DNA of 31,821 nt, taken from positions 1 through 31,821 of IMG/VR virus record IMGVR_UViG_3300006735_006550. One strand, given 5' to 3'. Shown in pieces: positions 8,774 to 15,854 of the stretch. Below the pieces are notes generated by a model. That model made no database searches. It was not told where the DNA came from and saw only the letters and a program-made list of their open reading frames with translations. Position 1 is the first letter of the stretch; every line of letters starts with the position of its first letter. Made by a program: the position numbers and the translations under genes. This DNA is from a virus. Lineage: Duplodnaviria > Caudoviricetes.

Positions 8774-10216
8774 ATGTTTGAAGATTATTCGACATATAGT
8801 TATCAAGATTCAGATAATATACCTAACAACATAGATGTTATAATAGTTGGAAGTGGATTAATAGGTTCATTTCTTTCTGCAATACTATCAAAACAAGGAC
8901 TAAGGGTGTTGGTCGTGGATAGTACACCACATCCAAAGTTTTCTGTAGGTGAATCAATGATACCCTATCTCACTGCAGTTTGGAATGGTTTGGTAAAGTA
9001 TTATAATGTGGATTTATTATCAACTGATAAAATATTCAAGGATTTGGCAAGTCGTGTCGGAGTCAAAGAAAATTTTGGTTATGTTTATCATGAAGAGGGT
9101 AAAAAATCAAATCCAAAAGAAATGTTTCAACACGTCAACCCAAGTCGTTCTGAAATGCATCTATATCGACAAGACGTAGATTCTTACGTTGTAAATGCCG
9201 CAATCAAATATGGTTCTAAATTTTTATTTAACACAAAAGTAACTGATGTGAAATCAGATGAAGAAGTTCGAGTTACACTAAGTGATGGTTCAGAAATAAG
9301 ATGTCAATACATAATAGATGCAGTAGGGAGTAACTCACCATTAGCGAAGATATTCGATTTAAGAGATACAATACCCAAAGTAAAAACTAATTCATCTACT
9401 TGTTATACTCATATGATAGATGTTGAACCTTTTGATAATGTCATTGAATCTGAGTTCAAGACTAAATTTCATCACGGAACACTGCATCACATAGTTGAGG
9501 GTGGTTGGTTATGGGTGATTCCATTTAATAATACACCAGAGTCTACAAATCCGATTGTAAGTGTAGGATTTCAATGTAGTAAAGTTCCATTTCGTAGAAA
9601 CTATCCAAATAAGGTTATTGATTTAATCAAATCATTACCTGATGTTAGGGAACAATTTAAGAATGCAAAAGTAGTTAGGCCTTGGGTGACTGAGCCAAGA
9701 ATACAATTCTCATCAAAATCTTGTACTGGCAATAGGTGGAGTATTCTTCCACATTCGTATGGATTCATAGACCCGTTATATTCTCGTGGTTTGTGTACTG
9801 CATTTGATGGAATAAAGGCATTAATACCAAAAGTGTTACAGGCCTTCAATAACAATGATTTTTCAGTAGAACAATTCAAACCATTAGAAGATTTATATCG
9901 TAAGTTATTGAAACACAATGATGATTTAGTATATGGTTCATATCTTTCATTTAATCATTATGAGTTATGGAGAAATTGGTATTCTATGTGGAATTTGTCA
10001 ACTCGACTCGGTGAAGGCCCTACAATGAACTCATTACAGATAGGTGATTTTGATAATTTTTTCAAAAATGACTTTAAGGGTTTGATGGGACGACATGACG
10101 ATAGAATACAAGATGCAATATCAGTTATGTATGAGGTTAAGAATGGAAGTTTTCCATTAGAACAAGGAAGTGAAAGATTAGAGAATATAGTAAAAGAATG
10201 TTGGGAGATGTCTTAA
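8774..10216 (+). CDS. Flavin-dependent halogenase, PrnC-like
   Basis: GSGLIG FAD motif, HPKFSVGES, HLYRQDVD, the halogenase signature GWLWVIPF (WxWxIP) and FIDPLYSRG. Confidence 0.85.
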   Translation: MFEDYSTYSYQDSDNIPNNIDVIIVGSGLIGSFLSAILSKQGLRVLVVDSTPHPKFSVGESMIPYLTAVWNGLVKYYNVDLLSTDKIFKDLASRVGVKENFGYVYHEEGKKSNPKEMFQHVNPSRSEMHLYRQDVDSYVVNAAIKYGSKFLFNTKVTDVKSDEEVRVTLSDGSEIRCQYIIDAVGSNSPLAKIFDLRDTIPKVKTNSSTCYTHMIDVEPFDNVIESEFKTKFHHGTLHHIVEGGWLWVIPFNNTPESTNPIVSVGFQCSKVPFRRNYPNKVIDLIKSLPDVREQFKNAKVVRPWVTEPRIQFSSKSCTGNRWSILPHSYGFIDPLYSRGLCTAFDGIKALIPKVLQAFNNNDFSVEQFKPLEDLYRKLLKHNDDLVYGSYLSFNHYELWRNWYSMWNLSTRLGEGPTMNSLQIGDFDNFFKNDFKGLMGRHDDRIQDAISVMYEVKNGSFPLEQGSERLENIVKECWEMS

Positions 10217-10233
10217 AAAAGTGAAAAAAAGGC

Positions 10234-10263
10234 TTGACTTGTATTAGCTTTTATTCGTATACT
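10234..10263 (+). promoter_or_regulatory. Sigma70-type promoter TTGACT-18-TATACT
   Basis: A-tract UP element, GCTTGACT, TATACT, and ATG 5 nt downstream. Confidence 0.75.
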
Positions 10264-10288
10264 TAGATATGAAAAATAAAGGAAATAT

Positions 10289-10444
10289 ATGAGTTATATA
10301 TTAGTTTCAGATGAATGTGACACTATAGAGGTGGTTGGGGAAGACCGATACGGTGATGTGTATGAAACCTATGAACAAGCTATAGAGGATATGGATGAAG
10401 ACGGTGAATTAATTGAAACAAAGTTATTTAGGAAATATGGGTAA
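10289..10444 (+). CDS. Small acidic hypothetical protein (51 aa)
   Basis: Not in the ORF track. AAAGGA SD; MSYILVSDECDTIEVV...; TAATG overlap with the next ORF. Confidence 0.6.
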   Translation: MSYILVSDECDTIEVVGEDRYGDVYETYEQAIEDMDEDGELIETKLFRKYG

Positions 10445-10590
10445 TGAAGTATAGAAATACAGAAAAAATAGAATTAGATGAATATACAAGTGGTGGATTT
10501 TTAACATTAGATTGGTTAGATGAAGATAAGATGGATGATAAGATTTATAAAAACTTAAAAAAAGTGAAAAAAAGTGAAAAAAAGGCTTGA
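10444..10590 (+). CDS. Small hypothetical protein (48 aa)
   Basis: Coupled via TAATG; ends in the GCTTGA of the next promoter. Confidence 0.5.
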   Translation: MKYRNTEKIELDEYTSGGFLTLDWLDEDKMDDKIYKNLKKVKKSEKKA

Positions 10591-10616
10591 CTTGTATAGT
10601 ATTTTAGTTGTATATT
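10587..10616 (+). promoter_or_regulatory. Sigma70-type promoter TTGACT-18-TATATT driving the candidate ncRNA
   Basis: Same promoter family; followed by no credible + strand ORF for about 580 nt. Confidence 0.75.
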
Positions 10617-10621
10617 AGGAT

Positions 10622-11124
10622 ATAAGATTTGATGATTTAATCGTGGTTTTGTCTTTTCAACGATAATTAGAAAAGATAGTGGGTTTTCGGTGACTACTTA
10701 TTTGGAACCGAGGCCAAGTTATTTGAAAATTTGAGTGGTGAGAAAGCAGAAGTAATAATGGGTAACTCCCTGTGATGGAAAGTGACGACTTTCGAACAGA
10801 TTAACCGAAAGGACACTAATAGTGTTTCGAGTTCGACATCATATAACCCGTCAATTCCTAATTAAAGGATGAAGAGATTTAGCGGTCTCGTAAATGTTTA
10901 TCGTTGACCTGTGGAGTAAGCCACTCAAAAGATTTAGAGTAGTGGATAAACACCACGAACCTTAGAGAGATAATATCAAACGCGGGGGAGTGAGGACTTC
11001 CCCACTACTCAAAGATTTAAAGGTTGATGGTGGAGATGAAGTCTGGATAATACGGAAATAAGCCGTAGGGACAATAGGTCTGAAATATAGCCCAAGTAGT
11101 AGTCTCCCTTGATACCAAAGTTTT
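10622..11124 (+). ncRNA. Candidate large ornate structured ncRNA (~500 nt), family unrecognised
   Basis: Dedicated promoter, higher GC than the flanks, no + strand ORF of 60 aa or more, and many complementary segments: 10641-47/10952-58, 10650-58/10670-78, 10682-91/10707-15, 10730-38/10921-29, 10758-63/10846-51, 10771-77/10837-43, 10778-83/10788-93, 10937-45/11002-10, 10958-63/11020-25, 11032-37/11102-07, 11051-55/11063-67. Confidence 0.7.
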
Positions 11125-11127
11125 AAA

Positions 11128-11181
11128 TGTGGTGAGGTTTTTTTATTCATTATTTTTCTCTTCATTGTTTTCCTCACCACA
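11128..11181 (+). other. Perfect 10-bp hairpin with a 34-nt pyrimidine-rich loop (terminator-like or antisense sRNA)
   Basis: TGTGGTGAGG (11128-37) pairs with CCTCACCACA (11172-81). Confidence 0.65.
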
Positions 11182-11204
11182 AAAGTTTTATTATAGGAAA
11201 TGTT

Positions 11205-11390
11205 ATGAAAAGTAAAATAGATTCTGTTATCATTGATATGATATTAGACCATTATAATTTAAAGTCGGCTCAAGGTAAGCCACAAATTCTAACATCAAAT
11301 GAATTTGACGAGATAGTAAAAAAGGCAAGTGAAATTTATTTCAAAGATGTAATGTTAAAAACACCGAAAGGAACAGAGGGTTCAGCATGA
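11205..11390 (+). CDS. Hypothetical protein
   Basis: 61 aa, AGGA SD, ATGA overlap with the next gene. Confidence 0.6.
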   Translation: MKSKIDSVIIDMILDHYNLKSAQGKPQILTSNEFDEIVKKASEIYFKDVMLKTPKGTEGSA

Positions 11391-12697
11391 GATTACCTAA
11401 AATATTACAATGTACAGTAGACATTTTTCATAAAATGTTTCCTGAAGATAAGGTTGTTCGTTGTAAGAAATTCAATCGTAGAAGTTGTTGGGAGATATTA
11501 GATATCAAGAGATGGTTTTCGTCTATCTTGAAGGGTGCTAATATAAATCCATTGATTTATATTGATATTGATAGTTGTATGGTGTATTGTGATGAAAAAG
11601 GAAAAGAAGAGGATTATCAGTATTTTAAACATTACAAAGATGATGGATATGATTACATAACTCTTGAGGGTGGTAATAGACACGATAGTACCCATTTATT
11701 TTGGAATGACAAGAAAAAGAATAGGGAAAATAAACACATAAATTATTGTGTTATCAAAAGTGTAGATAGAGAAACGATGCACGATTTATATTGTAGAGTT
11801 GCTTATGGTAAAGCACCAAATAGACAAGAACAACGAACAGGTATCTATGGTGTTGTTTCAGATTTGGTTAGAAAAACATCAGAAAAACTATCTCACGTAT
11901 GGGGAAAAGTTAAGGGTATTAATGTAGAAAGAATGCAAGATGATGAGATGGTTGCAACCATTATGTTATATGTCACAAAAGGTGGTACGTTTGGTAAAAG
12001 TGAAGGCGGTAATAAAGATGATAACCTTGATACTATGTATAGAAATAATACTTGGTCAAAGGGTAAATTCAACTATATGGTGGGTGAACTTAAAAAGATT
12101 TTTGATTCAATAATAGACTATGATAATATAACAAAAAAACTTGAAAAATCATTTTTATACTTCTTAACAATTCTACTTAACACTTTACATACGAAATACA
12201 ACATAGAGGATTATGATGAATTCGTAAAAGAGTTATATGAGATATGGATTACTAAGTGGAATGACGACACAATAGTTCATCAGAGAAAAAATCAACCATT
12301 GTCATTCTCTGGTATGATGAGTGGTATGGCAACTTATTTGGAACAAGTTGAAAAGTTAGAGAGTATTATCAATGAGGATATCATACCTAAATTAGAGGAA
12401 GATAAAATTATAACACCACGTAATGAAGAAAAATTTACTTACCTACATAGAAAACAATATATCAATAATCACAAATTTGAGAAAAATGATAAGTGGTATG
12501 TTAAGATTAGGTCAAACAATGATGAAGGAACTTTGTTAGCAAATACGCCAGTTTTTAAAGAGGTGTTGTTATCAGAGGCTTACTCAGCAAAGTGTGAACT
12601 CGACCATATTGAACCAAAGACATTGGGTGGAAAAACAACGTTAGAAAACGCCGAGTTGACCACGAAAGAATATAATAGAAAGAAAAGTGATAAGTAG
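11387..12697 (+). CDS. DUF262 (ParB/GmrS-like) domain plus C-terminal HNH nuclease, GmrSD-like
   Basis: FNRRSCW....RWFSSILKG and ITLEGGNR resemble the DUF262 (F/Y)QR..W and DGQQR motifs. The C-terminal DHIEPKTLGGKTTLENAE....YNRKKSD is an HNH motif. Confidence 0.7.
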   Translation: MRLPKILQCTVDIFHKMFPEDKVVRCKKFNRRSCWEILDIKRWFSSILKGANINPLIYIDIDSCMVYCDEKGKEEDYQYFKHYKDDGYDYITLEGGNRHDSTHLFWNDKKKNRENKHINYCVIKSVDRETMHDLYCRVAYGKAPNRQEQRTGIYGVVSDLVRKTSEKLSHVWGKVKGINVERMQDDEMVATIMLYVTKGGTFGKSEGGNKDDNLDTMYRNNTWSKGKFNYMVGELKKIFDSIIDYDNITKKLEKSFLYFLTILLNTLHTKYNIEDYDEFVKELYEIWITKWNDDTIVHQRKNQPLSFSGMMSGMATYLEQVEKLESIINEDIIPKLEEDKIITPRNEEKFTYLHRKQYINNHKFEKNDKWYVKIRSNNDEGTLLANTPVFKEVLLSEAYSAKCELDHIEPKTLGGKTTLENAELTTKEYNRKKSDK

Positions 12698-12819
12698 TAT
12701 ATATATTAATGACGAGTTAAACAAAGTAAAGACGCCGGCAAATACGCGTGTCACTTCGGTGAAATCAAAGATTCCCCCGAAAAACACGAAGTAAGTTCGG
12801 TATTCTTGGAAGGGTTTTT

Positions 12820-13023
12820 ATGTTATTAGATTTATTAAAAATAACAAACAAAGTCATATTAAGTACAATAGAAGATAATATTAAACCTATTGTGAATGTG
12901 TGGTTTAAAAAGAATAAAGTTATAGAGGAAACCTCACATAAGAGGCCACAACAAATAGAAGAAGAGAAGATAGAGATGAAAAAGGTTGAGAATATCCATT
13001 GGCCATATAGTGAAACTCCATAG
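12820..13023 (+). CDS. Hypothetical protein
   Basis: 67-aa + strand ORF in a gene-dense run. Confidence 0.5.
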   Translation: MLLDLLKITNKVILSTIEDNIKPIVNVWFKKNKVIEETSHKRPQQIEEEKIEMKKVENIHWPYSETP

Positions 13024-13065
13024 AATAGAATTAAACAATAGGGTTATTAATTTTAGGAAAATTAA

Positions 13066-13548
13066 ATGAAGAATAGAATGATAAGTGAAAAAATAGTTAA
13101 GAAAGATGGTAAATCTTACATAGAGGAAAAGTATTGGGCGTTGTTTCCAAGTGATAGGATTATAACGATACGAAGAAGAAAGATTATACCGATGATTTTG
13201 GATTTACTGCCCAAGTGGACATCAATAGTGGTGTGGATAGGGTTGTTGATGTATTTATTAAGTACAGGAGTGTTAAAAGGACAAACAATATATCCAACTA
13301 ATCAAATAGAGATTGTGGGTTATCGTATCGTAATGAGTGATGATATGGGTTGTTGGAGTGAATTGCAAATCATCAATGAGAATCGGTTTATTGATGAGAG
13401 TACAAAAAAATTAATAATAGATAAGATAACGAAATATGAATTGTATGGTAGGAGCGGTGGTGAATCACCCTGGTTAGAGGTAAGGGAAAAGAGTGGTAGA
13501 ATCTCCCATTACCATCTGGTTAAATTACCAAGCGATACATGGAGATAA
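13066..13548 (+). CDS. Hypothetical membrane protein
   Basis: AGGA SD and one TM segment (WTSIVVWIGLLMYLLSTGVL). Confidence 0.65.
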   Translation: MKNRMISEKIVKKDGKSYIEEKYWALFPSDRIITIRRRKIIPMILDLLPKWTSIVVWIGLLMYLLSTGVLKGQTIYPTNQIEIVGYRIVMSDDMGCWSELQIINENRFIDESTKKLIIDKITKYELYGRSGGESPWLEVREKSGRISHYHLVKLPSDTWR

Positions 13549-13563
13549 ATTGAAAGTAATAAT

Positions 13564-13776
13564 ATGAATAAGCTATTCCACACCAATAAAGAAGATATTA
13601 TTAAAATGTCTTGGGATGAGATACAAGGGTTAATGAGTAGGATGATTAAAAATAATCTATATAATGAGTTTGTCGAGCATTTGGGTTCTCCACCCCATGT
13701 TATTAAACACGACCACTTCATAGAAAAGATGCATCAAGCTAAAAAAACTACTTACGTGAGCCATGATTTATTATGA
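13564..13776 (+). CDS. Hypothetical protein
   Basis: 70-aa ORF with ATGA overlap to the next micro-ORF. Confidence 0.55.
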   Translation: MNKLFHTNKEDIIKMSWDEIQGLMSRMIKNNLYNEFVEHLGSPPHVIKHDHFIEKMHQAKKTTYVSHDLL

Positions 13777-13889
13777 TTAAAAAACTAATTGATTTTCCTA
13801 AGAAAATAATAGGTAGGATATTACTTTATTACTACATAAGAGAGATATTTAAAAAATCTACAGACTTCGGAAGAAGACACATGAGTTGA
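13773..13889 (+). CDS. Small basic hypothetical protein (38 aa, MIKKLIDFPKKIIGRILL...)
   Basis: ATGA overlap with the previous ORF; not in the ORF track. Confidence 0.45.
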   Translation: MIKKLIDFPKKIIGRILLYYYIREIFKKSTDFGRRHMS

Positions 13890-14034
13890 AAACTTTACTA
13901 TATACATATATATTATATAATGAACAACACTAATGTGAGCCCCAACTTACATATATACTGAAATATAATATACTACATTACTCTATATCTCTATAGGTCG
14001 GGTCAATCACCTATCAAGAATGAAGAAAGTCTGA

Positions 14035-14265
14035 GTGATGAAGAACCTCAAACCCGCCACATCTAAAAATCGAATACAATACACTTTACAAATGATCACA
14101 AGTGTTCTCGTTGCACTCGAAATCGCATTACCTCCGAATCCCTATCGAATACATATAATCGTATGTTTAACCAGTTTGATTGCGTTGAAATACGACTGGC
14201 CTACTAAGATAGAAGAATCACTTCAAAAGACCATTACCTATTTGTTAAATTTATTTTCTAAATAG
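14035..14265 (+). CDS. Hypothetical 2-TM protein
   Basis: Two hydrophobic stretches; lies in the C-rich region. Confidence 0.45.
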   Translation: MMKNLKPATSKNRIQYTLQMITSVLVALEIALPPNPYRIHIIVCLTSLIALKYDWPTKIEESLQKTITYLLNLFSK

Positions 14266-14431
14266 TCTTAACACCTCTTTACACACTTTCAACCACTTTT
14301 ACCCACCACAACCTACTTATTACCATAGAATATTAAAAAGTACTAATATCAACATATCAGGTGTATACAGCCTCCATGTGTGTTGAGAATTTTTTTTTAA
14401 CTAAGGGTTATTAACATAAGGATATGTCAAA

Positions 14432-15046
14432 ATGTCGTATAAAGTAGGTCAAAACAACATGGGCCGTCCCAAAATACTATTAAAAAAACGTGAAATTGAG
14501 TATGCAATCTCTGTTACGCAGAGCATGCGAGAGGCGGCCTCATATTGTAAAGTCTCTTATAACACGTTTCGTAAACAAACACGTGAGTATGGGTTATGGG
14601 ATCCCCAATCAAATAAAGGCCGTAAGCTCGGTAGTAGAGGTAAAAATAAATTTATACACTCTATACTACGTGGTGATATGATTAGTAACTATCGTGAGAC
14701 CACTTTACTGAAAAAGGCCATAGAAGAGGGATATCTTGAGTGTGCTTGTGGTAATTGTGGAGCTGATTTCTCTCACTTTACACCACCTATGCTACCGCCA
14801 TTGGTGTTGGATTTCCTCGATACTGATAATAAGAATGGTTCTCAAGACAATTTAAGGGCTTTATGTCTGAATTGTGTGTATGAATTAAAACACCATAGTG
14901 ATAAAGCATGGTATAGACATAGAGATAAACCCATAGTGGAGATACTTGATACTACTGAACCACCCACCGATACAATAAATCCCATTGAGGAACCCGCCCT
15001 TGAGTATATTCCATTCGAACAATTCCAAAAATCTTTGGAAAATTAA
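14432..15046 (+). CDS. HTH-like N-terminus plus Zn-binding degenerate HNH domain protein
   Basis: SMREAASYCKVSYNTFRK is HTH-like. CGNCG...LVLDFLDTDNKNGSQDNLRALCLNC follows the HNH scaffold but lacks the catalytic His residues. The start may be ATG 14459. Confidence 0.7.
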   Translation: MSYKVGQNNMGRPKILLKKREIEYAISVTQSMREAASYCKVSYNTFRKQTREYGLWDPQSNKGRKLGSRGKNKFIHSILRGDMISNYRETTLLKKAIEEGYLECACGNCGADFSHFTPPMLPPLVLDFLDTDNKNGSQDNLRALCLNCVYELKHHSDKAWYRHRDKPIVEILDTTEPPTDTINPIEEPALEYIPFEQFQKSLEN

Positions 15047-15055
15047 AGAAAAAGC

Positions 15056-15085
15056 TTGACTTATATATAGTTTTTTTCGTAAATT
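15056..15085 (+). promoter_or_regulatory. Sigma70-type promoter TTGACT-18-TAAATT firing into non-coding DNA
   Basis: Promoter-family motif; only a 9-codon ORF follows (15097-15126). Confidence 0.6.
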
Positions 15086-15122
15086 ACCATAGGAGAATGC
15101 CCTTGAATACCCCCCTTTGCTG

Positions 15123-15170
15123 TTGAGACTCAGTATCAATAAGGGTGTTGTTAATGAGACTGAGACTCAA
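15123..15170. repeat. Two imperfect 17-bp palindromes (TTGAGACT-N-AGTCTCAA-like), 31 bp apart
   Basis: TTGAGACTCAGTATCAA at 15123-15139 and ATGAGACTGAGACTCAA at 15154-15170, both followed by TAAG. Confidence 0.65.
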
Positions 15171-15414
15171 TAAGCCCCATAATCATACTATACCACTTAG
15201 GATTCACTACTCAAGATGGGGGGCTGGGGCAACTCGAAGGTGAAAACCGTGGGCGGTGAGCTAAAAAATATTTTGCGTCAAATCATTAACCTGCCTGGTA
15301 TACACACCACTGCAACACTCCTTCTATAATATCAATACACGAACCAGGCACACTCCATACGGAATACCCACAGCACCCCCCACGTAGCACTAAACCGTGA
15401 ATCATAAAAATGTA

Positions 15415-15500
15415 TGACAATATGTCACAGCCCTGGTTCATGCGCTCATCACGACAAAAATAACCTATATAGCCACTTAATAACATCTTATGACGTGTCA
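15415..15500. repeat. TGAC..GTCA palindromes
   Basis: TGACA-ATA-TGTCA at 15415-15427 and TGAC-GT-GTCA at 15491-15500, both continuing as TGTCACA. Confidence 0.5.
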
Positions 15501-15584
15501 CAAAGCTCGGATTCCACCATAGTTACACTTTATTATTCCACTATCTATATAGTTATTCATAATACTTAAATCAAAGGAGCTTAA

Positions 15585-15662
15585 ATGATTATCTATATAT
15601 TATCTATCTTTACTTTATATTGCTGGATTAAGGGTATTCTCGGTATTATCTCTAATGAGTAA
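15585..15662 (+). CDS. Single-TM micro-protein (25 aa)
   Basis: AAAGGAG SD; MIIYILSIFTLYCWIKGILGIISNE. Confidence 0.5.
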   Translation: MIIYILSIFTLYCWIKGILGIISNE

Positions 15663-15743
15663 AAAAACTTTGTATTTAACATTATTTAATTTATATTTAT
15701 TATCGTTATAACACATCACTATTACATCATAAGGCCAGATTAT

Positions 15744-15854
15744 ATGAATTCATTCTTATTAAACACACTTTATTGGATGATATCGTTATTCGTTATTTAC
15801 CAATTCAACGTCTCACTACATAAAGATTATCACAACCACCACGATACTAAATGA
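15744..15854 (+). CDS. Small membrane protein with His-rich tail (36 aa)
   Basis: MNSFLLNTLYWMISLFVIYQFNVSLHKDYHNHHDTK; ATGA overlap with the carbamoyltransferase. Confidence 0.45.
   Translation: MNSFLLNTLYWMISLFVIYQFNVSLHKDYHNHHDTK

Noticed and set aside
10622-11124. tmRNA, RNase P RNA or group I/II intron identity for the large RNA
   Set aside because: No tRNA-like GGGG...CCA ends, no GAGGAAAGUCC P4 motif, no interrupted host gene and no group II domain V. GAAATATAGCCC only weakly resembles the group I S element and has no matching R element.
10962-11180. 72-aa minus-strand ORF with an SD-like GAGGA and an ATG at 11165
   Set aside because: No minus-strand promoter is evident, the start is enclosed in a hairpin, and the ORF is antisense to the structured RNA. 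It cannot be fully excluded without expression data.
12705-12790. Hammerhead ribozyme (TGACGAG...GAAA)
   Set aside because: The core reads AUGACGA rather than CUGANGA, and the three stems cannot be built.
14490-14681. Nested + strand ORFs (also 30736-30930)
   Set aside because: Out-of-frame ORFs contained within stronger genes.
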